The position numbers and the translations under genes were made by a program. A DNA stretch of 64,000 nucleotides, taken from Trichosphaerium sp. ATCC 40318. Taxonomy: Eukaryota; Protista; Tubulinea. This document shows positions 15,301-28,415 of the stretch, in pieces (position 1 is the first letter of the stretch; the number at the start of each line of letters is the position of its first letter). Location: assembly GCA_038496445.1 (NCBI GenBank), contig JALMLS010000525.1, forward strand, positions 124,001-188,000, in the 5' to 3' direction. The notes under the pieces are model-generated. The model saw only the letters and a program-made list of their open reading frames with translations, ran no database searches and had not been told where the DNA came from.

Positions 15301-16141
15301 AAATTATGTGAAGCTATAACACGTGCTCGCATTCGTGGAGTAATAAAACATGTTGTGTGCACCTTTGAGGCATCTTTGAACCTTGAAGAACGAGATGATG
15401 ATCGAGCAAAACAGCTTAAGAAATGCAAAAAAATGTTGATAGATACTGGTATCAATACAACTTTTGTCAGTTGTGTACGTCTTACCTACTATGTTTATTG
15501 TTCTAATACCTAGCTCTAGGCTATTTTCTACGATTATATAGCACAAAACTGCGCTGACAGTGTCCGTGGTACTAAGAAGAAAACATTCAATATGCCTTTA
15601 GGACCACATCGTTATGCTTGGGTATGTTTTCGCTTTTGTATATAACTTTCGCTTACTGTCATCTCAAGGTATCTAGTTTTGATGTAGGAGAAGCTTTAAG
15701 TACTATAATGCTGGATAACGAGAATCACATTGGTGAGGAGTACGGCTTAACAAGTCGTGCTCTGTTGTCTGGTCAACAAATTGCAGAAATCTTGGCAAAA
15801 ATCAGTACGTTCTGAGACATCATGACTTTAGTCATAACTCACAATCTTGTTATTAGCTAGCAAGAATATAAAGTATAAGCCTGGAAAGTACGAAGATGCT
15901 CAACGCTATTATGAGACAAATCTTGGTTGTAGCAGTGATATTGCAAGAGTTTTTGTAGACTTATTTTTTGGAAAAGATGGTATGAAAGATCTTGCCTTTT
16001 GTGTTATTTTATTAAACTTCTATTGTAGGTAAGGGTATAAAATACACACCAAAGGTTAAGAAAGGGTTATCTATGCTACTTGAAAATGAACCAATGTCGT
16101 TTGAACAATGGTCTAACAAAAACGCACATTTATTTGCCTAA
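12310..16141 (+). CDS. Multidomain PH + DEP + AIFM2/FSP1-like FAD/NAD(P)H oxidoreductase + NmrA-like Rossmann protein
   Basis: PH (EGYLYSK...WTKKYF...FRAQDKPDYDLW); DEP (GVEIKNRKYRLKTYQNCFLGNEAVDW...HLFKDEGLFY); VVVLGGGIAG, FDYLVICTG, IVGGGVVGTELAGE, NIFCAGD; KLAVFGADTIIG...VSSFDVGE...LSGQQIAEIL...MSFEQW. Confidence 0.88.
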
Positions 16142-16414
16142 AAAGTGGTATTTGTTCACGTGAAAAAAAAAAAAGAATTGTAAAAAATCAACGCATAAAA
16201 ACGTTTCGTATATCAACAGTTTACTTTTATACAATCACAATGGTTTCAAGTATTCACACACAAACTTTTACGAACACATGCAATCAACATACATTAGAGA
16301 AGGGGTTGCATTTTTTTTTGGTGGTAATTTTTTTTTGCGTTTTAGCACAGAACGAGTTTGACTTTTATTAATAGTGAGTTGCAACTAAAAGTAGGCTAGA
16401 AGCTGGTAGTCCAT

Positions 16415-18577
16415 ATGGGTAATGGCAGGTCTTCGTCTCAGACGTATACAAATCGGGCTTCTCCGTGCGTGTAATTCCATTGTGTACATATTTAATAACG
16501 AACGCCATAAGCTACCCAGGCGCTAATACAAATGGCCGACGCGTTGCTCCGCTGTATGCGCCTTCATATCCGCATAATGTACAAAAATAACACCAAACAG
16601 TTATAATAATCAAGTATAGATGCCGAATAATCAACGTGGACCGAATGTACCGCATAATAGGCCACCTACAGCTACAAATCAAAACCAAATGTCAAACAGT
16701 TACTCTAGTTACCCCAGACAGCAACAAAACCCTTATGCGCCAGTACGAACTTGAAAGCAATAAAGAAAATAAAAAACAAAACTAAGACGAGCTTTAGGGT
16801 ATGTACGCTCAATATCCAGGCCAACCATACGCTTCACAGGCGCAAGGCGCGTACGTATCTTTAAAAAACGTTAAAACTGAACGATATACCACCAAACACG
16901 CTTGAAACGCCTAAGCATCATCTTATTTCGATTCGTAGATATCCAGGACAAACGCAAAATAACTTTGGACCTAATTACGCAACGAATGCACCTCCTGTCG
17001 CCACTGTACCGCAATATTTTAACGTGTGGATGGCTGTAGAAGTAAGTATTAGTAATTTTGCGTGGAAAGTTTTTTCCGTTTTTCTTCCTTCTGGAGTGTC
17101 AGGTTCACTAAATTTTTATTTTTAAGAGTGGTAATATATCTTCATTGGATAATTGGTTAGCTGCTGGTAATCCAGTTGATATTGCAAGGTGAGTAATTGA
17201 GTAAAAAATAAAAGAAGACAGAAACCAGAAAAAAAAATAAATTTATGTTAACATTTTTTACTTAGTCCAGCAAATGGTCACACACCTCTACATTGTGCTG
17301 CTAGTACGTTCATATACTTACTAAATATATATATTGTTTAGTGCCTAATTTTAAAATGAAGAGGTTGGTAACTATGACATTACAATGAGGCTAATTAAAG
17401 GGTATGTTTTTTTTTGTCAAAAAGATCCTTCGCGTTCACCGCTTTCTTTGTCTCTATGATTCTTAATATACGAGCCAGCGCCTTAATTTTATTCAATAGG
17501 AATGCAAATGTTAATGCCCGAGCAAAGGATGGAGCTACACCACTTATACTAGCTGTATGCTTAAAACAAATATGAAAATGATAATTTTTTACACCCATTG
17601 ATTAGATACGATACAAACACGATAATATTGTCCGACTTCTTGGTGAACATGGCGCAAAAGTTAATATGAAAGATGCACAGGTAAAAATAAAATACAAACA
17701 GAATGAATAATCACGTGATAATCAACACATGAACTCACAAAACCACAACTATTTTTTTATCAATTTTCTGTTTGGAAGAAAAGTACTGACATAAAATGAA
17801 GGGTCATGATGCGCTATGGTGGATTAATGTCACTGGACAAGATAACCTTGCTGAATTCTTAAAAGATATCGTACGTCTAGTTTATTATCATTATACCATG
17901 CCGTGACTCACCCGTTTTTAATCAGATGCTTATTCAACAACATGCTGTAATGTCAAAATCTCCAAACTTATCGGCGTCACCACCTGTACATACATTTTCG
18001 CCGAACGCTTTGAACGTATTATCATCAAGTCCTTCGGGAAAGAAAATTGGTAGTGAGGATGTAGAAGATAAGAGTAAGAGTGACGAAACTCCGGAAGAAG
18101 ATAATGAAGAAGGAGAAAAACATCAGCCAAAGAAAAAAGGGAGTGCAAAAAAAGAAGAACTTTCTGAACAGCAGCGACGAGACATCGCTATTAAATGGCT
18201 TGCTACGTTTATGGATGAAGATTTTACATGTCCTATATGCTTAGAACTATTATATAAACCAATAACGGTTGTATGCGGTCACACGTACGTATCTTCTCAA
18301 AACAATAGTTACATTATTTATTTTCATTCACCAACCGAAATCTCTTCACCACAACCTCGTATCTTATTGATTTTATCCTAGATTCTGCAGACAATGTTTG
18401 GATTCATGTTGGGCAGGTGAAAAAGTAGCATGTATATGCCCTCTATGCCGTGCACCTTCGGGAGTTCAAACAACAAAAAAATTATCAGATAACTTTATTT
18501 TGTCAACTATACTTCAAAAAATAGTACCAGAAGAGTACACCAGAAGAGCAAAACAATGTGATCCTTCGGTGACTTAG
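16415..18577 (+). CDS. Ankyrin-repeat + C3HC4 RING finger protein (putative E3 ligase), possible N-myristoylation
   Basis: MGNGRS start; GHTPLHCAA and DGATPLILA ankyrin repeats; [25 protein letters not shown]...CPLCR RING; 5' exon structure approximate. Confidence 0.85.
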
Positions 18578-18876
18578 TTATTAACAACCTCCACCTTTTT
18601 CGTCACAACCAAAAAAAATAAAACACACTTGTACAGTACCACAAATCCTTAGTCATGATTCAATGCTTCAAACAAACTATGGTTAGTACTTTCTTTCTCC
18701 GACATTTCCTTTCCTGAGCATCCACTAACATAACTTTTGCGCCTAGCCTATGGTTGTACTCGAAGTAGTGTTCGCGAGTGCAATTAAGGCTAATAAATAG
18801 AGCACGTGGTGAAGTTGTGAGACATCAACTATCTTTGACTTTCTTTCCCATTTTAAACCATCTTGTCCACTCAACC

Positions 18877-21316
18877 ATGAACAACCTATTAGGTTTGATA
18901 GCCCTACTCTTTGTAGGCATTGCTTGCGCAGCTATTGCTTTACCAAAAGCAAACACAGACCGCAGTTATGTCGAAACACACCTCCCAAGACGTTTAGACC
19001 TAGGTACGACACGGATACCTAATAATCACGTGTTTTTAAGCGACATTAACCGTTAATCAACAAAAATAGGCTGGACATACCACAGCAAGGCTGATTTGTC
19101 TCAAACACGTACATTTATCATTGCAGTTGAAAGACAAAACACAGATAAATTAGAGCAACTTTTCTGGTACGTAGAAAAAGGTGGTGAACTTACAAACAGA
19201 AACTTTATTGGGAACCCAAAAAAAAAAGAAAAAAAAGAAAACTACCGCGAAAAAGTTTTCCCGACACTCCGCTTCAGGCTTTCACTAACCTATTTACTCC
19301 AAGGGAAATCACTGACCCAAAATCGCAATACTACGCTCAATATTTGACCATTGATGAGCTTACAGCTCTCATTGCTCCAAAGCAATCTTCTCTTGATGCT
19401 GTACACAACTTCTTGGCTTCTAATGGTATCTCCGACTACCACGTGACAAAGAACAAGGATTATTTCACCTTTAAGACAACACTACAACATGCCAGAACAA
19501 TGTTTGATACAGAGTTTCATACCTTCAAACATGACGACTCTGGAAAGACCTACACAAGTTCACTTGGTCCATACACACTCCCATCAAGCATCGCATCCGT
19601 TGTTGACTTCGTTGGCGGTATTGTAGGGTACGTACTTAGTCTGCTTAATCGGTTTTGGAGCTGTAGAAGTGCTCTTTTCTTTTTTCTTGGAGTTAAAACT
19701 GTTGCTTTAGTTTGCCTCTACTCAAGAAATTGAGCCTCAAGAAGAGCGATCTCACATTCCAACTTGGTCCAAAAGATCTTCGTAAGCGTTACAACGTAAC
19801 TATGGTCGGTGGTCAAGCCTCAAGCAACGCTCAATCTGTTGCTGAATTCCAAGTACTTTTTTTATCATTTCTTGGTTGGCAATCAATGGTAAACTAATTT
19901 ATTCTCAAAAAAATAGGGACAATACTACTCTGTATCTGACTTGAAACAATTCTTCCAACAATACCAATCCGAATACTCTCAATATGACACTGTCACAAAA
20001 GTATACGGCACAAACGATCCTAATTCTCCAGGTACTTTTGTCAAGTTTTTTCTACTTTTTTTGTGGGTCACGTGCTTATTATGAAAAAAAGGTACTGAAG
20101 CTGAATTGGATATCCAATACATCATGGGTGTAGCACCAAAGGTTCCAACTTGGTTCTGGAGTAATCCAAATCAAGATTTCTGGAGCGATATCACTGGTAA
20201 GTCAAATACGAAAAAGGTAAAAAAATTAATGTTTATTTCGTTTAGCTTGGCTCTCACAAATGGACGATGAACCAAATAACCCATTCGGTACGTTAATAAA
20301 TACCACTTACTGGTAGCAATAAATTTTTGACCGCGTTTAGTTCACTCCATCAGCTACGGTGTACAAGGATCATACCCTAGCGCAACTTACAGACAAAACA
20401 CAAACACCGCTTTCCAAAAACTCGGTTCACGTGGTATCTCAATAATCTTCGCATCTGGTGATTCTGGAACAGGTACGCAGTACAAACTACACTCACGTAG
20501 TCTAACTTTCTCTTAGGATGTAACTTGTGCTTCTACTTCGAGCCTAGCTTCCCAGGTATGGAAAAAAACAGAAAAAACAACTCTAACTTTCTGTCATAGC
20601 TACTTCACCTTATGTCACTTCCGTTGGCGCTACTCGCTTCCTTGGTAACGGTGTTGGACCAGAAGGCGCTGTAGAAGCTTTCAGTACGATATTTTTGTTT
20701 TTGGTTTTTTTTATATCACGTGATCCTCTGTTTTAATAAACATTGTAGGCTCTGGCGGTGGTTTTTCATGGTTATTTGATATCCCAGATTACCAAGCTTC
20801 AGCTGTCTCTAACTTCTTCTCAACATCAACAAAATTACCTTCATCTGGATACTACAACGCTAAAGGACGTGGTACACCTGATGTAGCTGCTATGGGTATC
20901 GGATTCTCCGTAGTAGTATCAGGATCAACTACAAGGTAGAAATAACCGTGAAGTTAATCAGTTTTTCTCATTTTTTTTTAAATAGTGTTGGTGGAACTTC
21001 TGCTTCCTCTCCTACTTTTGCCGGTATTGTTTCTCTTCTTAACGAAGTTCAATTACTTGCTGGAAAGAAACAACTTGGATTCTTGAACCCATGGTTGTAC
21101 CAAGTACGTCTCAGAAGCTTAAAGTAAATACCAAAAAACCCTTACTTACAATATTTTTAGACTTCCGCTGCTCACGGTGATGCTTTCTTTGATGTCACTG
21201 AAGGAAGCAATGCTCAAGGATGTTGTGGTGAAGGTTTCTCATGCCAAGTTGGCTGGGATCCTGTAACTGGTCTTGGAACTCCAAACTTCGATCGTCTCAA
21301 GAATTACTTGCCTTGA
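18877..21316 (+). CDS. TPP1: Tripeptidyl-peptidase 1-like sedolisin (peptidase S53) with prodomain
   Basis: Signal peptide; [54 protein letters not shown]. Confidence 0.95.
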
Positions 21317-21472
21317 TCATAATAATAAACAAGATTTATCTTATTACCTAGTTCATTCATTCGTCTCTGCCAAGACTACAAGTAAACAAGCTTTTCTAGT
21401 ACCATTGTAGATTAAGTTAGTCCCTCTAAGTCGTTCACGTTGACGCACATTGTTTTCTCAACAGCCGACATA

Positions 21473-23327
21473 ATGCAGCACTACAAGTGGGAAGATTTCG
21501 CTTCTAAACCATACTCATTCCAAGGAAAAGCGTACGTGATATGATATAAAGCGCGCTAAACATTATTATAGCTTTTTAAACGCTTACTGGGATGAAGTTG
21601 GGTGTACGCACTAAAGAAGTCGTTTCCTCGCTAATCACGTGTTAGGTGATGCCGAAAAGGTTTGGAACTGGGCTCATAAGGCAAGTTGTTGGTGTAACTG
21701 ATTAATTTAACTGTTCGTAGTTCATAGAGCTCGATCTTGACAAAGCTGAAGAAGGCTGTGACCTTGATGAAGTACGTCCTGGAAAGTTTTTTCTGGAACT
21801 TTTTTTTTTACCATTTTACGGTTATTTTTCTGTTCCTTGGTTCACGTGTTTGTACTAGTTTGGAGCACACAGATTTTTGGAAGCTATACAAGAAACTAAA
21901 ACAGTCAAAGAAATGCGTCAGCAGTTAAAGGAGACGGATATGGACTTTAACAAAAGAATTGGTAACCTACATTTTTATTCCCAAATACATAAACATTTAC
22001 GTCATTTAGCATTGATAGAATACTGTTTGTGGAAGTATTCCAAAAGAATCCCCGACTTTCTGAGCAAACCACAGGTACAATAAAGAGCTAATAGTCTACA
22101 ACCAGGTTCTGACACGTGATTTTAAAACAGGGTGATGCCGAAGAGATTAACAGGTGCCAAAAATTGCTCGATGAAGTTCTTGCTGCTTTAAAGGATGCTC
22201 AAGACAAGGCTGAAACTGCAAGAAAAGCTGATAGCGAAGCTTCAGCAACAGCTAAAGAAGCCAAGGTATGGGTATCACATTTAGTCATCATTCTGATTTT
22301 CTGTCAAAGGCTCGTGACGAAGCTGCAAAGGCATCTGCAGCTGCAGCTGTTGAAAAAGAAGCTGAAGCAGCTAAATCCGCTGCTGAAGCTCAAGCGAAGG
22401 AGAAAGTATCCGCTGAGAAGGCAGCTGAAGCAAAAGAAGCAGCTGATGAGTTGAGAGTAAGTTTGTTTTGTTTTCAGCTATTTTAATCAAATGAAAAAAA
22501 GGCAGCTTTGGCAGACTTGAAGGCAGTTGAAGACGCTTACAATAATAAAACTGAAGACTTAAAGAAAAAGGTTCGTTAATCATAACAAAATCACGTGATT
22601 TTATTAAAATATTTTAGAGCGAACAAGGTGGTGTTGTAACCAGGAATAAAGCAAAAGCTGAGCTCGAAATCCACTTATCCGGTACTCAAAACATGTGCGT
22701 TGTCTAGAGTCTCACACAACTTGTAGAGGATCCGCTGCCTCTCCGTACAGCTAAGATTACAACAGAAGCCGCAACACGCAAAGCTAGTACGCGTAGCCAT
22801 TTTCAAACGTGATTATTCAATCGTTTTGTTAGCCAAGGCACAGGAAGCAGCCGATTCTGCTTTAGCTGAAGCCAAAGCTCAACGTGAAGAAGCCGACAGT
22901 GATCATGCTGCGGCCGTTCAAGCACGTCAAGAAGCTGAAAGAGATGCTGCAGAGGTACTAAATTTCTTTTGAATAATACTTATATCCTTTAGGCAGCATC
23001 CGCTAGACAAGCTGCAGAGGCTGCTGCGGAAGCCGCAAGGGTAGCAAGGGAGGAAGCTGATCAAGCGCTAGATGATTGTAATGCTAAATACGCTGAAGCT
23101 GAGGTAAGTTCTCATGTCATAGCTAAGACGTCTTTTCTAACAGTATGGAACAGGCAGCACTTGCTGAAGCAAAGAAGAACGCAGGTCCTGGCCAAGGAAA
23201 CGTGTGGTGGTATGGAAATAGAGCACTTTTGATATTTTTATCTTTAACACGCAATAGGTTGGAACGTGAACTACATGAAGCCAAGAAATACATGCCAATG
23301 AAGAAAGGAGGTATTTTGAGAAAGTAG
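21473..23327 (+). CDS. 34-kDa calcium-regulated actin-bundling protein family member (Dictyostelium AbpB-like / TolA-like) with Ala-rich coiled-coil insertions
   Basis: FLNAYWDEV, EF-hand-like DMDFNKRIALIEYCLWKY, GVVTRNKAKAEL, C-terminal GNVWWLERELHEAKKY; these match the AbpB family pattern as recalled. Confidence 0.8.
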
Positions 23328-23533
23328 AAGAGAACACGAAGTGCAAGAACCACAGAACCTTGTTAGTGACTTAGATAAATTAAAAGTTTGCTTCGAATGT
23401 CTTTCAGTTTTCATAGCTACTAAGACGCTAAGGTGTACAATACATTATAGGTATTTTAAGTTAGGTTAAAAATAAACGGTATGTCAAAGCGTGAACACGT
23501 GTTCTATACAAAGTGTGGTTTATTTAAGAATAC

Positions 23534-24194
23534 TTAAACAGTTTTAAGACATTTGCTAATACAATCGTGAAAGTCTTTCTTGCAGTCCTCAAGACGGGCT
23601 TGGAAACACTCAGCAATAGCAGTTTTGCATGCGTTACATGATTCAGGAAGAAGTGAATCTGTAGATACAAGGGTAGAGATACCAGCTGCTACCTTTGTAT
23701 CATCGCCAGCAATCGGTTTATCAGATTGGTTACCATCGTGATCGCCCATTGGGTGCTCTCCGTGCTCGCCTTGGTGTTTTCCTTTGTGATCACCCATTGG
23801 ATGTTCTCCGTGCTCGCCGTTTTGTTTACCGCTGTGATCGCCCATAGGATGCTCGCCGTGTTCACCGTTTTGTTTACCTTTGTGATCGCCCATTGAATGC
23901 TCGCCGTTTTGTTTACCGCTGTGATCGCCCATTGGATGCTCGCCATGTTCGCCTTTACCTTGTTGACCGCCCATTGGATGTTCTCCGTTGTTGCCTTGTT
24001 GTTGGCCGTGTTGACCTTGGTGTTTTCTGTTATGTCTACCATTACGAGGACGCTTTTGATCGGAGTCTTCAGCGAAACACTACAACACAGATTAGTCAAA
24101 AAACGTTTTTAGTTAAAGCGTAACAACACAAACTTACGCTAGAAATAACTAGAGCAGCGATAAGTAAGAGTGCAACACGTGATGATAATGCCAT
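23534..24194 (-). CDS. Secreted His/Gly/Met-rich repeat protein with a C-terminal 6-Cys helical domain
   Basis: Exon 1 24194-24138 (signal peptide MALSSRVALLLIAALVFSS), intron 24137-24080, exon 2 to TAA at 23534; repeated GEHPMGDH. Confidence 0.85.
23743..23990 (-). repeat. Coding tandem repeat, ~6 units of 39-48 nt encoding (GEH)GEHPMGDH(S/K)GKQN
   Basis: Direct repeats such as tgtgatcgcccattggatgctcgccgt are visible on the + strand. Confidence 0.9.
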
Positions 24195-25166
24195 GATAGT
24201 GAGTTGTTGTTATGTCTGTGTTGACTGTTTTTAATTGATAGTTCTTGTGTTTTCAAAAAGTCCCGCAATTTTCGGACCGTTATGGCCGATAAAAACTGCA
24301 CATTCTTAAAACATCATATCGTTCCCTACACTTTTTTTCTCGGTACGAAATTGATATTAAAGCCATGTACAAGTAAGCTTACACGTACTAAATTTGAAAA
24401 AAAGTGGAATTTCTACTTCTTGTCACTGTAGTTCGCACAACTCTCCATATTATTATCTCGTCTATCTATACCTGAAAAACTCTTTCGCAAGTGGCTGGTT
24501 GCTAAATGTGTTTCCCCGTGTTCGCAAAAACAAGAGATTTTTGCGGGCTTTATTGTAAATCACATCCAAAAACCTCCTCAGATTACTAATTTACTTGCTA
24601 CTTCTACTTGTTTTAATTTCGATCCAACTCTTCTGTATTGCAATACCTAAAAACTGATGTAGAATAGTTTTAGTAAAGATAGCCTAAGTAAACGAGTAAT
24701 TAGCTATTGAAAACAACACAAATAAATCCTTTTTTTAGAGTGACGTCACATAGCAAAAAGTTCTTTTTGATTTTTTGACACTAAAAGTCAACCAAGAGCT
24801 CATTGTGGATAGTGTGGATTTCGCGCCTGTGTTGTTCACTATGAAGAGCTAACGGTTAGTTTATTTGAGAAAGTCTACGAATAGGTGGTAGCTGAATTAT
24901 AAGTCAGGTTCGATTCCTATTTTTTTCACGCAACTAGAAATTTATGATGTGGGCCAAAATAATGACCTAGACATTGCACTCACAGTTGTGTTTTACTAGA
25001 CCTCGATTAATCTCACTTCGGTCGGCAAACCAGACGGCACGAATTTCACCTTTTTGTCCGGCCTTGAAAAGCCCTGGTTTACGAAGCCTTTGAGAGAAGA
25101 CTTAAAAATAGCTATTCTGAATTGCGTTGAAAACTGAATTCGATAAATAGCGTTAATTACGTAATT

Positions 25167-28100
25167 ATGGCCGCCTCTATCCAGCACATTGGTGATTTTC
25201 CACCAGAGCTATTGACATTCATTTTTCTTGAATTAAAGCCTATAGATGTGCTAAAATGCGCGTGCGTTAACCGCACATGGTCAATATCGACGGATCATGA
25301 CTCCTTATGGAGGGTAGGCGCGAAATAGATCCGTACTAACTTGTTGACCGCTTTTAGGAACTTTACAAGCGCGAAACGACTTGCTACGCTCATATTAACA
25401 ACTGGAGAGAAGCTTGTATCCGTTTATCGATGGTAGACTTTAATCTAAAAAATGGAAGGCTGTATCCAACTATGATTGCAAGTAACTACTCCAAGCACGT
25501 TTTATATCTCATCGAGAGTACACATATGACTTACAGATGGAAAATAGGGACCCAACTGGTTATGACCGAGTTAGTTTTTTTTTTTCAAAAAAATCAGCAA
25601 AAAAACGAAGTCTAGCACTTTAGAGACTCTCTGACTCTTTCCTTTAGATTGGCATAGATAATAAATATCTAGGATCACCAGTGATTTCGGTACAGTGGTC
25701 TAAACTTGGATATCATGGATCTCACGAGACTGTACGCTGATCTTTAACATTGGTTTGTGCTGTTTGAAATAATGAGTTGTAGAGAAGTCCGTTGTACACA
25801 GATATTGTTGACCCTATTCAACAAAAGATTGATATATTGCCATGTACAAAATCAAACACATATAAATATGCAGAACAGTTTGAGAACGTTACTTTGGTAT
25901 GAAGAAAAAGGCGAAAGGAAGTATTGCCAAATTGTTTTTGTTGAAACTATTTTTACACTTTTTTTTTTGTTTTACTACTGTTGTACTTAACTGGATTTTT
26001 TAAGATGTTTGCTGATGGTTATACAAATAATTCAATGCGAATTATGTCAAACTATAAGAAGGGACAAGAACCAAAAGTTCTTTCTGAGTTTGGCACGTTC
26101 TCTTGTCTTTTTTTTTTAGTTCTAATAAAATGTAAAGAAATCAAATTCCGATCAAGAGGATCACATTATATCCAGTATCATTACAATGAAGATACCTCAG
26201 CCAAATTATTATGCACATTTTACGAGTATGAAACACGTAGTCTTCCTGAAATAAAGCTCATTGATCTGGAAACACAAGAAGTGATGTAAGTTCCATTCAA
26301 CTCTTTTTAACAAACACTTAGAACTAAAAACTTATTAGAGATTTATCTTTTTCTGTTGAAGTAATTCCAGATAAGGTAACTGTTTACAATGGATATACAT
26401 TTATTGCTTGCTTATAGTTCTGAACATGTTTAGGTATACACATACAATGGAAATATGATTGTAATATCACGTCCTATGAACAAGAGTACGAAAACCTTCA
26501 AAAAACCCTAATTTACCAAATGTTAGCTGTAATAGCTTCTAAAAAAAGCTATGAGGTGTTTGAGATTATAGGAGAAACGTGTATTCCAAAGTGTAAGATT
26601 GAAAGCTATAGTGGTCCTAGAGCAAGTGAAGTAAGTAATGCATCTGCTTGTTTTTTATTCTCATGTGTCATGTACTAATTATCTTTAGCGTTGCTGCTCA
26701 ATGGATACTAATACAAAACAGGTACTCTAACATTCCTCATTTTGTATGTATACAAATCACCTAGTTAAGTCGTACTGTAGATTGTTGTAAGTGTTGGTAT
26801 TAACAATGTGTCCAATTACAATGGCAAGACATGGATATGTGTTCATGACTATGAAAAGGATCAGGAAATAGTGACTAGAAAAATACCAATGAAAGTGAAG
26901 AATCTTCTCTTAAAACACAACAAACTAGTTGCTGTATGAAGTTTTTTTGATGTTCTTTTTTTTTTTTCTTTTTCTTCTTTGGCTTTTACGTTCAGTTTGC
27001 TTATTGGTTTTTTTGAAGTGTCTTGATAAGTATTTATTATTTTTGAATCCTAAGACACTTGATACTATATATACTGTAAAAGTACAATATATTTACTCAT
27101 GGTTTATGCTTGCAACATGGATAGATCCTCAGAGGCTTGTAATCAAAGTATGTGTTTAACTAATTTTTTTGAAATTTGTCATTTTTCCCCTTTTGTTAAC
27201 TGACTCATTTTATTGATAGAGTGGTGAGCATATTCTTATGTATGACTTTGGTATGGGTTCAAGACAACCTTCTAAAATTAAGCTCGTGTGCTTGAATCAG
27301 GACAAAAAGAATAGCATTATCACGAAAAAATATCAAGTACAAAAACATAAAGGAAACAAAACTCTCCTACCTCCTCTCTAACCTACACTACCAATGAACC
27401 CCTGTACAATATGATACACTAACCGAATTTATAAAGGGAGAAATGGAAGAGTTCGAAGTTGAACCACAAAGAATCTTTGACGAATTTTGTAAAAGAAATT
27501 CTGTCTTTTGTACTGAGCAGTATAAAACTGTTACCTGTTGCAGACGTTTTGCTCAAACTGAAAACAAAAAGTACTTTCTTGTCACCTTCATGTACTTATC
27601 TACTTTCTAACATTTTCAAAAGGTTTTATGTAATCATTGATGGAGCAGCATCAATGGCAAATAGAAAAATGAAGTATAACTTTTTGGTATGTTTTTTCTC
27701 GAAATATTCTTCATTTTTTTTGTTTTTCATTAATGGTTTTTAGCTTCGTGATCTTGTGTCTTTGAAAGATTTATGCTTTGAGCACTATTTTTATCCTGTT
27801 CAATGGTATGATAAAGATGTCAAACTAAGTACACAAGGTAGGGCTTTGATTGCGCTTCAGTCTAATATCCACTTCCTTTTTCTCCTAATTCTTTGAAGGC
27901 GAACCACTTTTGCATTCAAGTCCGGGATGCTATGGACTTGCATGGATTTTTGCAATGAGACGTAATGAAAATAACGAATGGGATTACACTGATTGTACAA
28001 TCAGTACGTTAACCTTTGCTCTGTATTGAAACTACTATTTTAAAACGGTTATACACTAAGCTCGATCTAAAATCGTTCATTTTTTTTACATGAAAAACTA

Positions 28101-28185
28101 ACTTTTTTTTACCTCAGATGAAGTGAGTGGGTTATCGCAGGATCAAAAAATACCTAATATTGGATCCGAGAACAGCTTATTTTAG
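25167..28185 (+). CDS. F-box protein with a beta-rich C-terminal region; 3' end uncertain (may extend to ~28463)
   Basis: IGDFPPELLTFIFLELKPIDVLKCACVNRTW...LWR is a canonical F-box; many GT-AG exons follow. Confidence 0.75.
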
Positions 28186-28415
28186 ACAGTTTGTTTATCT
28201 AAACAGAATGATTTGTTTCAGATGTAACGAACGATCTTGTACTCTATTCTTCAAGATTTACAAAATACCCAATTTTCTTATTGAACTTTGACGAAGATTA
28301 TGCGCATCGACGAATGTTATTCCAACTAAATAAAGGACACTATTACCATACAATAAGGCCACGTTTCTCTTACACACGTTCTTTCATCTTTTCGTGTGCC
28401 CTTTTCCATTTTATT

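Noticed and set aside
23689-24123. Alternative-frame and antisense ORFs over the His-rich repeat (and similar shadow ORFs at 33197-33571, 57607-58029, 60150-60482)
   Set aside because: These are by-products of repeats or codon bias on the real coding strand.
24880-24926. tRNA gene
   Set aside because: A T-loop motif is present, but the element is only ~47 nt with no cloverleaf. It is kept only as a low-interest finding.
24963-25070. CATTGCACTC (U1A/U2B''-type loop) suggesting U1 or U2 snRNA
   Set aside because: There is no ACTTACCTG 5' end, no U1-70K loop, no U2 GTAGTA branch-pairing region and no correctly placed Sm site.
24300-25160. Minus-strand gene fragments between the His-rich and F-box genes
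   Set aside because: No stop-free spliced ORF could be assembled.
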